From positions 1 through 64,000 of IMG/VR virus record IMGVR_UViG_3300044475_000063: a stretch of DNA of 64,000 nucleotides; one strand, given 5' to 3'. Shown piece after piece: positions 43,346 through 52,067 of the stretch. The DNA comes from a virus. The notes under the pieces were generated by a model, which was given only the letters and a program-made list of their open reading frames with translations, searched no databases and was not told the origin of the DNA. The stretch's first letter is position 1; every line of letters starts with the position of its first letter. The position numbers and the translations under genes are program-made.

Positions 43346-43706
43346 CAATGCTGTCCTTTGCAGCTTGGGTAGCTGGGATCAGTTCGCAGATGCCAGTCAG
43401 ATAAATTTCTGGGTTGACCACATCGACTTTCCCGCCGTCTTTTTTAAGGCCGTGTTGAGCAACGCCCGATAGCGCAACGCCGTCTTTAGCTTTCCACGAC
43501 CACAGGCGGCGCGAGTTTTTCAGAACTGCGGTATCGCCGTCAACGCTTACGACTTCGCCAGCATGCACACCAGCGGCATAGCAGCGTGCGATTACGTACT
43601 TGCCAACGAATGGATGAGGTAATACGGCTTGATATACTTGAGCCGACGCGCCAAACAAGGCGGCAAGTTCTTTAGCTTGGCCGATGGTGAGTTCGTTAAT
43701 GTTCAA
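43332..43706 (-). CDS. hypothetical protein (124 aa), partner of the repeat protein
   Basis: RBS present, globular-looking sequence. Transcribed away from the portal gene. Confidence 0.6.
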   Translation of the reverse strand: MNINELTIGQAKELAALFGASAQVYQAVLPHPFVGKYVIARCYAAGVHAGEVVSVDGDTAVLKNSRRLWSWKAKDGVALSGVAQHGLKKDGGKVDVVNPEIYLTGICELIPATQAAKDSIDGYQ

Positions 43707-43795
43707 TTTACTTCTCCTATGGTTTTGCCTTTCGGCGTTGTGCTACGGATGACTAATGATAACTAAGGTTTCTCTATCTGTATATTTGAAATAAA

Positions 43796-43807
43796 CTATA
43801 AAATACT
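43796..43807 (+). promoter_or_regulatory. CTAGAGTAAAAT motif (-10-like) 35 nt upstream of portal gene
   Basis: See 41036..41047. Flanked by the 9-bp inverted repeat TTTCTCTAT/ATAGAGAAA (43759-67/43806-14). Confidence 0.4.
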
Positions 43808-43841
43808 AGAGTAAAATAGAGAAATACTATGAGGGGTTAAG

Positions 43842-45197
43842 ATGGGCCGACCATTGGGAAGTAAGAACAAGCCGAAAGAGCCGCAGCAGAATGTAGTTGT
43901 GACGGACGGGTACGCTGAGGCATTTACGGGAGCAGGAACAAATCGGGACCGTAGCAGCTACACGCGCATCGGGCGCACCGCCATGCTGCAACAGATGGAA
44001 TGTTCGCTACTGTACTTGGGTGATGGCTTTGCGCGCAAGATTGTGGACGTTCCAGCAGAGGAAATGACGCGCTCGGGCCTTGAGCTTGAGGATTTAGAGG
44101 ACGAGGAACTAGAGCAATTCGTCATGGCGCGTCTTGATGATCTGGACGCCATGCGGCACTTTAACGATGCGGTGGCGTGGTCTAGGTTGCACGGCGGCGC
44201 TGTGATGATCTTCGGCCTGAATGATGGCGGCACGCTTGATGTGCCTCTTAATCCCGAAGGGATCAAGAGCGTTGAATTTCTCCGAGTCTATGACCGCTGG
44301 CAAGCGACTATCCAGACCCGCGTGACCGATCCGAACAGCCCGGACTACGGCAAGCCGGACATCTGGCTCATTTCGCCGCTTGATGGTGCGCAACCGTACA
44401 AAGTGCATAACTCGCGCCTTTGGATGTTCGACGGCGACCGCATTCCAGACTTTGACCGCAATGCCAATCTCGGCTGGGGCGCATCGGCCCTGCAAGCCTG
44501 CCAAGATCAGCTTAAGCGCCTCGGCATGGGCCACCAATGGACGCTGGCGATTCTTGAGAGGGCGCAACAGGCAGTTCATAAGATTCCACGCCTCGGCCAA
44601 ACGCTGCAATCCCCAGGCGGCGAAGCAATGGTACGCAAGCGCGTGGACGTTGTAGACATGGTGCGCGGCATCCTGAATACGATTGTTGTAGACGGAGAAG
44701 AGGATTACCAAGTAACAACAGCTACGCTAACCGGCTATACGGACGTGCTAGACCGCTTTGCAGAGGCTTTGGCTGCTACTAGTGGCATCCCAGTATTTAA
44801 GCTGATGGAGCGCACGCAAGGGGGGTTGAGCAATACCGACAAGGGCGCTAGCGATGCTTGGTATGCTCGCATTGAGTCATGGTGGAATAATCTGCTTCGT
44901 AAGCCTCAAGACTTGCTAATCCAGTACATCATGATTTCTAAGAACGGCGAAGCGCCAGATTACAAGCTGTGCATGGCCCCGCTGTCGGTACTGAGCGCGA
45001 CTGAGCAAGCAGAGGTTGATTTGAAGAAAGCACAGGCATTGCAGGCTCGTGCAGATGCAGCTATTAAATTCATGACTGGTGGTGTTCTTGCGGCGGATGA
45101 TGTACGCCCTTCTATCGCGGAAGAATATGGTCTGAAAGAAGATAGCCAAGCGCCGGGGATTATTGAACCAGATGACGGCATGACAGAAAATGGCTAA
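43842..45197 (+). CDS. portal protein (DUF1073-like)
   Basis: 451 aa; position between terL and the MuF-like gene. Confidence 0.7.
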   Translation: MGRPLGSKNKPKEPQQNVVVTDGYAEAFTGAGTNRDRSSYTRIGRTAMLQQMECSLLYLGDGFARKIVDVPAEEMTRSGLELEDLEDEELEQFVMARLDDLDAMRHFNDAVAWSRLHGGAVMIFGLNDGGTLDVPLNPEGIKSVEFLRVYDRWQATIQTRVTDPNSPDYGKPDIWLISPLDGAQPYKVHNSRLWMFDGDRIPDFDRNANLGWGASALQACQDQLKRLGMGHQWTLAILERAQQAVHKIPRLGQTLQSPGGEAMVRKRVDVVDMVRGILNTIVVDGEEDYQVTTATLTGYTDVLDRFAEALAATSGIPVFKLMERTQGGLSNTDKGASDAWYARIESWWNNLLRKPQDLLIQYIMISKNGEAPDYKLCMAPLSVLSATEQAEVDLKKAQALQARADAAIKFMTGGVLAADDVRPSIAEEYGLKEDSQAPGIIEPDDGMTENG

Positions 45198-46203
45198 ACA
45201 ATGGTTATATCCTCATGCTCAAGAGAGGCAACTTGATAAAGCGATGCAGGCTTATGCACGTCAGGTGATGGCTGACGTTGATGCTGTTATAGTATCCAAC
45301 ATGGGTTACTTCATGTCGAAGGCTAAGCTTGATGCTGAATCTAGCGAAGAACCAGAAGAACAGGAGTCCTGGAGTGAAGAGCTAGCACTTTTAGTGGCTA
45401 TTCTTTTGACGCGATCTGCTAGCTATGATTTCTCAGCAATCTACACTGCTGGTAGAAACATTGCCGCATTTAATGATTATCAATTCAAATCAGTAATTAA
45501 TTCTGTATTAAACGTTGTTCCGCGAATAGCAGAGCCTTTTTTAAACGGAATTCTTTCTGATTGGTATAAAAAAACCACGGATTTAGTTAAAGACAAAGCT
45601 TCTGAATACATAAAGTCAGTAGAGGCAATTATTAGAAATCAGTCGGCAATTGAATCAACTCAAAAAGCAGCAAAAGAAGTAATAGCAAAGAGAAAAGAAG
45701 TTTTCTCAGGCAAAATGACATTCACTGCTATTAATGAAACAGGGATGCTGAACTCAATGCTGCAACGTAGCCGCTTGATGGCAATTGGAGCGCTGTCGTA
45801 CATCTGGACTACTCAACGGGACGAGCGAGTTAGGCCGCTTCACCAGCAAAGGCAAGGTAAGATGTTTTCATGGACTGTTCCTCCATCAGATGGGCATCCA
45901 GGTATGCCGATTCGTTGCCGATGCATCGCTACGCCAGTAATTGATTTCGATTTTGAAGGACAATTCCCAACTGATCCAGCAAAAGTTTTTGAGCTTCGGC
46001 AATATCGACGTGGAGTTTCAGAAAATCAGCGCCTAGAAAGAAATAAAGATTATGGCGCAGCATTTAGAAGTGGGAAATTGACGCCCGGGGAAATTATTTC
46101 TCTTAACAGAGATAAGACCTCTGCACGATCTGTTGTAAACTCCTTATTGACAAGCGGGCGACTCACCCAATCCCAACTAAACAATCTCTACAAGGATTTG
46201 TGA
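45190..46203 (+). CDS. head morphogenesis protein (Mu F / SPP1 gp7 family)
   Basis: TTQRDERVRPLHQQRQGKMF...GHPGMPIRCRC motif. Confidence 0.85.
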   Translation: MAKQWLYPHAQERQLDKAMQAYARQVMADVDAVIVSNMGYFMSKAKLDAESSEEPEEQESWSEELALLVAILLTRSASYDFSAIYTAGRNIAAFNDYQFKSVINSVLNVVPRIAEPFLNGILSDWYKKTTDLVKDKASEYIKSVEAIIRNQSAIESTQKAAKEVIAKRKEVFSGKMTFTAINETGMLNSMLQRSRLMAIGALSYIWTTQRDERVRPLHQQRQGKMFSWTVPPSDGHPGMPIRCRCIATPVIDFDFEGQFPTDPAKVFELRQYRRGVSENQRLERNKDYGAAFRSGKLTPGEIISLNRDKTSARSVVNSLLTSGRLTQSQLNNLYKDL

Positions 46204-46685
46204 TGGCTACTAGAGATAGAGACATGGGCTTAAAAAAAATACTGAATGGTATGCGTGTGCTGAAGCGTAAATCAATCACTATCGGCCTTCACGAAGATTT
46301 AGGAATTCATCCCGGAGAGCATAATTCAGAAGGTCTTACTCATGCTCAGATCGGGGCTATACAGGAGTTTGGCGCTACGAGGACATTCTTGGACGGACAT
46401 ACGATGGAGATTCCGTCTCGCCCATTCACAAGAGATTCTTTCGATAGAAACCTAGAAAATATATGGCGAGACATACAGAGGTCATTTGAGGCAGCAAAAC
46501 CAACTGGAAATTTTATACAAGCAATGTTTGATGTTGGCAAGCGTCATGCAGAATACCAGCGGAAAGTAATGGATGCTTGGTCTGATCCGCCAAATTCTGC
46601 GCGGACTATCAAGTACAAAAAGAAAAATGATCCGCTTGATTGGACTGGTGCAATGATCCATGCAGTAAAGGCAAAAATAGAATGA
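46200..46685 (+). CDS. HK97 gp10-like protein (second paralog)
   Basis: 161 aa; similar blocks to 4425..4883. Confidence 0.5.
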   Translation: MMATRDRDMGLKKILNGMRVLKRKSITIGLHEDLGIHPGEHNSEGLTHAQIGAIQEFGATRTFLDGHTMEIPSRPFTRDSFDRNLENIWRDIQRSFEAAKPTGNFIQAMFDVGKRHAEYQRKVMDAWSDPPNSARTIKYKKKNDPLDWTGAMIHAVKAKIE

Positions 46686-46888
46686 ATTGCGAAAAAGGAG
46701 ATATTGCTATAGTTACAGCAATCGGAGAATTGGAAGGCAAGGTAGTTATCCTTACTGATCTTATAAAAACCGAAAAGGGGTATGCTTGGAGATATGAGCC
46801 TCCCTTGCTAAAGCTTAAAAATGGCAACGAACAATCTAGCTTATTTGATAGCGCTTTAATGCCTGTAGAAATGAAATTTTCCAATTAG
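46682..46888 (+). CDS. hypothetical protein (68 aa)
   Basis: ATG at 46682 in an ATGA overlap. Confidence 0.45.
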   Translation: MNCEKGDIAIVTAIGELEGKVVILTDLIKTEKGYAWRYEPPLLKLKNGNEQSSLFDSALMPVEMKFSN

Positions 46889-46930
46889 GGCACTTCGATA
46901 GGCTATGATCGCCTTTGCAGAGTGGGCAGG

Positions 46931-47125
46931 TCATAACTTCACCACTTCTTCAAGATGAATAGTGGCCTGGAATCGATTTGGAACAAGCGCAGAAAAATAT
47001 GATGAATGCTCTTCAAACCTGATTTCCTTAATCATGTATGTTACGCCAACAATATCAATTAAGCCATTTGAATCGTAGACTTTTTTGTACGCCTCAAAGG
47101 TTTTGCGGTTGTTTGTGGTAATCAT
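46931..47125 (-). CDS. hypothetical protein (64 aa), last gene of antisense cassette
   Basis: The ATG overlaps the upstream stop (TGATG). Confidence 0.5.
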   Translation of the reverse strand: MITTNNRKTFEAYKKVYDSNGLIDIVGVTYMIKEIRFEEHSSYFSALVPNRFQATIHLEEVVKL

Positions 47126-47463
47126 CACGCTTCCCCAAAAAGGGCAGCGACCAGCGGGTCACGTTGCACACGCTCAGGAAGCAACTCACCCTGAACATTG
47201 CGCGGCTTCTTAAAGGTGTAGAACTGCACTTTTTGGCTATCGTCGCCAAGAATTCTCTTCTCGCCTTTAAAAATCCCCTCGGCTTGATAAAGACCACGGA
47301 ACAAGCTCGTGGCCTCCTGAATGCTCAAGCCTAGCTCTTTGGCTACATACTGTGGACAGCTTTCGCCGTCGCGCTCTATGATTTCCTCAACCTCGGCCAT
47401 GAGTTCTAACCGTGACTTCTTCGTAGCCGCCTGCAAAAACTTGATAGTGAGCGATTTAAGCAT
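47125..47463 (-). CDS. winged-HTH-like protein (112 aa)
   Basis: CPQYVAKELGLSIQEATSLFRGL segment. Confidence 0.55.
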   Translation of the reverse strand: MLKSLTIKFLQAATKKSRLELMAEVEEIIERDGESCPQYVAKELGLSIQEATSLFRGLYQAEGIFKGEKRILGDDSQKVQFYTFKKPRNVQGELLPERVQRDPLVAALFGEA

Positions 47464-47502
47464 TTTAAGTTCCGATGGTTGATTTGCATTAATCTATCAC
47501 AA

Positions 47503-47649
47503 TCAATGCTGGACTTTTTGAAAGCATTTCTTAGGGCCTTCCCAACTGCCGCCAGATTTTGAGCAATTAGCAATTTCCTTTTCGTTGGCAAGAAATACAA
47601 AGCTCAAGAACGCAACAAAGCATAGAATTGACAGAAAGAGGCGCATCAT
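47503..47649 (-). CDS. small secreted Cys-containing peptide (48 aa)
   Basis: MMRLFLSILCFVAFLSFVFLA signal-like N-terminus. ATGA overlap. Confidence 0.4.
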   Translation of the reverse strand: MMRLFLSILCFVAFLSFVFLANEKEIANCSKSGGSWEGPKKCFQKVQH

Positions 47650-48104
47650 TCCTCCGTGTTGATTGGTTCTTGGCTTAGACCGCGCCAGAAAAGAAGATCA
47701 CTTTTCCACCAAGCATGTTTGCCCATAGACGATGCGCTATTCACATCATAAGCACCATACATGAAAGCAGCTCCATCCCAATAGCGATAGAACTCCTCGC
47801 CGCGATCTACAGTTGCTAGATACACCCCTTTTTTATTCCGATCAGGAAGCTCATTTACTCCATATCGCCAATCAGTTAGAGGAATCGCCGCATTGATTTC
47901 GTCCGCTACTTCGGAGAAGGATTTGACCTTAATTCCACTCATGCGAAGATTAAATGGCCCGTCAACGAAATAGACATAACCACGGCTTGAAATCATGCCG
48001 ATGTTGAATAATCCGCCATTGCGCAGCCCATAGAACTTAGCAATCCTCTCAGCGAAGCGAGTTTTGCCGTTGGGAACGCCGTATATGATTAGGGATGGTT
48101 TCAT
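47646..48104 (-). CDS. degenerate P-loop-like N-domain fused to YRYWDG/WRG C-domain
   Basis: IIYGVPNGKTRFAERIAKFYG (one residue short of the Walker A spacing). C-terminus similar to 38468..38701. ATG at 48104 in an ATGA overlap. Confidence 0.55.
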   Translation of the reverse strand: MKPSLIIYGVPNGKTRFAERIAKFYGLRNGGLFNIGMISSRGYVYFVDGPFNLRMSGIKVKSFSEVADEINAAIPLTDWRYGVNELPDRNKKGVYLATVDRGEEFYRYWDGAAFMYGAYDVNSASSMGKHAWWKSDLLFWRGLSQEPINTEE

Positions 48105-48373
48105 TTGCACACCTGTTTTCCATTGTTGTCCATGCGAGGCGTAATTGCTGCGCCTCGGTTATAAGCGCCGTCCCAGCCAAGATAGTGACAGCCGGTGCGC
48201 GCATCAATTAGAACCCACATACCGCTGCGCCCATTTGGTGGGTCTGAGTCATCGCGTACAGTGTTGTCATAGGGCTTCGCTTCGGCTTTTATTGGGGCGA
48301 TTTTAGGCTCACATTGAGGCGAGCCAGAGCAGCCAGATAAAAGAACAAACAAAACACCAAAGAAGATTTTCAT
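48101..48373 (-). CDS. lipoprotein (90 aa)
   Basis: Signal peptide plus lipobox LLSGC. Confidence 0.7.
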   Translation of the reverse strand: MKIFFGVLFVLLSGCSGSPQCEPKIAPIKAEAKPYDNTVRDDSDPPNGRSGMWVLIDARTGCHYLGWDGAYNRGAAITPRMDNNGKQVCK

Positions 48374-48618
48374 TTCTCGCGCTCCTTAAGCATGGCATCG
48401 GCAATTAAGAAAGCTTGCTTAGCCGCAAAATCATAAACATCAACAAGATAGTTATCCCCTGGCCGTGTTAAATCGACATTGAGCCACGCTTGCATCGCCT
48501 TTGCCGCGAAGTAGTCACGGATCGAAAGGCCGGGGAATTGCCAAGTATTAGGGCCGTCTTGATGCCCCTCTACGCCAGAAGTAGAAACTGGGAATGCTGG
48601 CTCACTAACTTTGCTCAT
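48370..48618 (-). CDS. hypothetical protein (82 aa)
   Basis: ATGA-coupled. LSIRDYFAAKAMQAWL motif is common in prophage ORFs. Confidence 0.55.
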   Translation of the reverse strand: MSKVSEPAFPVSTSGVEGHQDGPNTWQFPGLSIRDYFAAKAMQAWLNVDLTRPGDNYLVDVYDFAAKQAFLIADAMLKEREK

Positions 48619-48986
48619 TCCTTCTCTCCCGGCAGCACTACGTCTCCGTCTTGGATGGCGCGGCGGATGGCGGCGTTGGCGATTGTTCGCTTAGAGAACA
48701 AAGCTGCTGAATCGCTTACTGCGTCCAATTCCTCATTGGTCATGCGAGTCTCTGGAGACTTAGGTTCTGGCTTGATGCGGAACGTGCCATGCAGAGGAAA
48801 ATTCCAATCATCATCCTCCATATCCTTAAAGAAAGCTTTGCCATCTGCAACACCAGCGAATCGTTGCACAACTTCTCCGTTTGCCTTGGCAATAATGAAT
48901 TCTGCTAGTTTGTGAGGTTTTTTCATTTGCATTCCTTTGAAGTATATTTCAGAGCGAATTTCTGCCATAAAGTCTACGGCGCTCAT
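48615..48986 (-). CDS. hypothetical protein (123 aa)
   Basis: ATGA-coupled. Confidence 0.5.
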   Translation of the reverse strand: MSAVDFMAEIRSEIYFKGMQMKKPHKLAEFIIAKANGEVVQRFAGVADGKAFFKDMEDDDWNFPLHGTFRIKPEPKSPETRMTNEELDAVSDSAALFSKRTIANAAIRRAIQDGDVVLPGEKE

Positions 48987-49201
48987 TTTGAAAGTTCCCA
49001 GCCTTCCTCTTGAAGCTTTTCAGCATAGAGGCGGTTAATCGAGAACATGTAGTAGAAATTGGCGAAACCGAACGTAAAGAACGAGATAGCCGCTTGAGGC
49101 CACATGCCACGGCTGATGAAAACGAGGAAGCCGAAGAAGAAAGTAGTCCAGCTAAAGCCCTCGGGGACGTGGCGGGTGATGTTGTTGCGGGTTGCGATCA
49201 T
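48983..49201 (-). CDS. DUF2628-like membrane protein (72 aa)
   Basis: GFSWTTFFFGFLVFISRGMW with two TM segments. Confidence 0.6.
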   Translation of the reverse strand: MIATRNNITRHVPEGFSWTTFFFGFLVFISRGMWPQAAISFFTFGFANFYYMFSINRLYAEKLQEEGWELSK

Positions 49202-49335
49202 TACATTTCCTTTGGGTGGACTCGTTCGGTTTTAATGAAAAGTGGGATAAAACCAAATAGACACACTTTGGTTGTACGATGAAGTTTTTCATTTTGTGGG
49301 CCAGATAGGTGATAGCTCACATCAAAAGTAATCAT
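49201..49335 (-). CDS. small ORF (44 aa), first gene of antisense cassette
   Basis: RBS TAGGAG. Its stop overlaps the next ATG. Confidence 0.3.
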   Translation of the reverse strand: MITFDVSYHLSGPQNEKLHRTTKVCLFGFIPLFIKTERVHPKEM

Positions 49336-49438
49336 TTAAATCTCCTATAAATTATTCAGTAACAACATCATGCCTTAGATGGTTGCGCGTTACCAATAGA
49401 TTTTTTCTATTGAATTTGGATTGTGATATTATTCCGCT

Positions 49439-50530
49439 ATGGCTACCTATCAAAGATACGACCGCGCCGAATTTAAGGCAACCAAGACTGACGAGGGCTT
49501 TCTAGTCGATAGCCCTATCGTCGGTCGAGTCGGCATTCAAGAGTATCGCCGCGCTGATGGCACGATGCGACGTGAGTTGCGCTTGCCTGAGAATGTATTC
49601 CATGCCGATGCGCTGGCTTCAATGCGCGGCAAGCCGATTACTAGCGGCCATCCGGGCTCGGGAAAAGTTACTGCGGCTGATTCTCACCGCGTGACTATTG
49701 GAACGATCCTGAGTGAAGGTCGTCAAGATGGCGATAATATGCGCACCGACATTGTTATCCATAATGTGGCGGCAATGGGGAAGAATAAAGAGCTTTCCCT
49801 AGGATATACGTGCCATATGGACGAAACGCCCGGTGTGCATCCGGTGTATGGCCCTTACGACGCTATTCAAGGCGTCCCAATTACCAATCATTTATCCGTT
49901 GTCCCCGTTGCTCGCGCTGGCGCAATCGCCCGCTTGAACTTGGATAGCATGGATCAGGAAGATTTTTCAACCCAGCAGGAGCAACAAACTATGAGCATGG
50001 TCAAAGTACGACTTGACAGCGGCTTAGAGTATGAATGCGCTCCCGAAGTCTCGGTGGCGCTCGACAAGCTGCGCTCCGATGCTGCGGAAGCTGCAACCAA
50101 ACTCGCGGCCATTCCAACCCTGACGGCAGAGCGCGATACGCTGAAAGCGCGTGTTGACGGCTTTGCGGCAGAACTGACTAAGGCTAAAGACGAAGGCAAG
50201 GCCGCTGGCCGCGCCGAAGTTGAAGCTAAGGCCAAGCTGGATGCGGTTGCTACTGCATTCAAGATCGACGCTAAAGACATGACTGAGCGCCAAGTCAAGG
50301 AAGCGGTTATCAAAGCCGTTACCCCAGCGCTGGTTCTGGATGGCAAAGACGATGCCTATATCGATGTTGCCTTCGCAATGGCCCAAGAGTTCAAAGGCGA
50401 TGCAGCCATGGCAGATCAGCGCCAGAAAGCGCAACATCGCAACGACGGAGGCGATAACAAAGCCCAAGGCAGCATGTCGGCGCGTGACAAAATGATTGCT
50501 CGTATGAGCGGTAAGAAGGAGGACAAATAA
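49439..50530 (+). CDS. prohead scaffold/protease-like protein (DUF2213-like N-domain + coiled coil)
   Basis: 363 aa. No obvious SD; TATTAT lies 7 nt upstream of the ATG. Confidence 0.7.
   Translation: MATYQRYDRAEFKATKTDEGFLVDSPIVGRVGIQEYRRADGTMRRELRLPENVFHADALASMRGKPITSGHPGSGKVTAADSHRVTIGTILSEGRQDGDNMRTDIVIHNVAAMGKNKELSLGYTCHMDETPGVHPVYGPYDAIQGVPITNHLSVVPVARAGAIARLNLDSMDQEDFSTQQEQQTMSMVKVRLDSGLEYECAPEVSVALDKLRSDAAEAATKLAAIPTLTAERDTLKARVDGFAAELTKAKDEGKAAGRAEVEAKAKLDAVATAFKIDAKDMTERQVKEAVIKAVTPALVLDGKDDAYIDVAFAMAQEFKGDAAMADQRQKAQHRNDGGDNKAQGSMSARDKMIARMSGKKEDK
50011..50271. repeat. 261-bp tract identical to 1..261
   Basis: Direct comparison of the two stretches. Confidence 0.85.
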
Positions 50531-51018
50531 TGCCTATCCCACAAACTACCTTCGGCCAGTACTCGGCTGCTGGCTTCGCTGGCTTGCTGTACGATTCTGG
50601 CTTCCGCGACACTATGTCTTATTCGGCAGAGGGCGCGATTCCATTCGGCACCTTCGTTAAACTGGGTACGAACAAAGAACGCCAAGTTCTGGCCCCTACC
50701 ACTGCTGCCGGTCAAGCCGCGCTGCTGATTGGCGTAGCTGCCGCAAGCGCCATGGCAGAACAAGCCTACCCTTCGACTGGCGCGGCTGCCGCATATGCTG
50801 CTACTGAAAGCGTATCGGTGCTGAAAGACGGCCGTATTTGGGTCCAAACCAATGATGCCGTAGTAGCTGGTGCAACCGCTAACTTTGTGCTGGCTAACGG
50901 CACTGTTACCGATGAAGCCGTTACTACCGGCATCGAAGCCTTCACGCAACTGACCGTGAAGTTTATCACCGGCACGACTGCTGCTGGCCTCGCTGTTGTG
51001 GAGATTGCGCCAAAATGA
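50530..51018 (+). CDS. head decoration/cement-like protein (copy 2)
   Basis: Paralog of 514..1002. Confidence 0.55.
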   Translation: MPIPQTTFGQYSAAGFAGLLYDSGFRDTMSYSAEGAIPFGTFVKLGTNKERQVLAPTTAAGQAALLIGVAAASAMAEQAYPSTGAAAAYAATESVSVLKDGRIWVQTNDAVVAGATANFVLANGTVTDEAVTTGIEAFTQLTVKFITGTTAAGLAVVEIAPK

Positions 51019-51995
51019 ACATGAAAACTGACAACATGCACTACGATGCCCAAGACCTGCGCATCATCGAAAACACCGGCCTGCTGCGTGAGGATGCTGG
51101 CGAGTCGGTATTCTTCGCTCGACAACTGGAGTATGTGCGCTCCAAGACCTATGATGTTGAGTACGTCAACCTGTCGGCAATGGAACTGTTCCCGATTGAT
51201 ACTTCGGTTCCCTCTGGCGCGAAGTTCATTACGTGGCGTCAATGGGACGGCGTAGGCTCGGCAAAGATCATCGCCAACTATGCGGACGATCTGCCACGCG
51301 TTGACGTGCAAGCGCTGGAAATGACCACTCCAATCCGTTCGATTGGTGACAGCTACGGCTACGACGTGCAAGAGATTCGTTCGGCGCAGTTCGCTGGCGT
51401 GGCTCTGGACGCAAAGCGCGCTACCCAGGCTCGCAAGGTCATCGACCAGAAGTTCAATCAACTGGCATGGTTTGGCGACACCGTATCAGGTCTGCCGGGC
51501 TTCCTGTCGAACGCGAATATCCCTGCTGTGGTTCTGGCTGCTGATGGTACTGGCTCGTCCAAGACCTTCGCAAGCAAAACGCCAGATAATATCATCCGCG
51601 ATATGAATGCTTTGGTGAACTCGATCTTCGTTACCACGAAGGGCATTCACCGCGCTAACGAACTGTGGATGCCTCTGGCTCAGTATGCCTACATTAGCTC
51701 GACTGCTCGCAGCGCAACCAGCGATACGACCATTCTCGACTTCTTCCTCGCCAACAACCCGTTCATTCAATCGGTCAAGCCGATCTTCGAACTGACTGGC
51801 GCTGGCGCTGGCGGTGTTGATCGCATGGTGGCTGCTGAAAACAGCGCTGATAACTACCAGATGAACATCACCATGCCGTTCATGCAGCACCCTCCACAGC
51901 CTCGCAACCTGTACTTTGAAGTCCCTTGCGAAGCCCGCTTCGGCGGCGTAACCATCGAACGTCCGCTGGCATTTGCATACGCTGACGGCATCTAA
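51015..51995 (+). CDS. major capsid protein (copy 2)
   Basis: Paralog of 999..1979 with few aa changes. Confidence 0.8.
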   Translation: MNMKTDNMHYDAQDLRIIENTGLLREDAGESVFFARQLEYVRSKTYDVEYVNLSAMELFPIDTSVPSGAKFITWRQWDGVGSAKIIANYADDLPRVDVQALEMTTPIRSIGDSYGYDVQEIRSAQFAGVALDAKRATQARKVIDQKFNQLAWFGDTVSGLPGFLSNANIPAVVLAADGTGSSKTFASKTPDNIIRDMNALVNSIFVTTKGIHRANELWMPLAQYAYISSTARSATSDTTILDFFLANNPFIQSVKPIFELTGAGAGGVDRMVAAENSADNYQMNITMPFMQHPPQPRNLYFEVPCEARFGGVTIERPLAFAYADGI

Positions 51996-52023
51996 ACTCG
52001 CGTGATGGTGAGTGTGTAGCACT

Positions 52024-52051
52024 AGCCCGCCCTTCACCGGGCGGGCTTTTT
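52024..52051 (+). terminator. intrinsic terminator after capsid gene (copy 2)
   Basis: Same hairpin as 2008..2036. Confidence 0.8.
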
Positions 52052-52067
52052 ACTTTTGGGGAATTAC

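Noticed and set aside
42962-43372. Plus-strand 136-aa poly(AVAG) ORF over the repeat array.
   Set aside because: It would start inside the terL terminator hairpin with no RBS and run against the local terminator polarity. The minus-strand frame has an RBS, overlaps an upstream gene and has uniform C-ending codons. This remains formally testable.
49395-49438. Hairpin CAATAGA-ttttt-TCTATTG and TATTAT 7 nt upstream of the scaffold ATG, suggesting a leaderless mRNA.
   Set aside because: The -35 is poor (TTCTAT) and the equivalent region of copy 1 is outside the window, so conservation cannot be checked. This is too speculative to claim.
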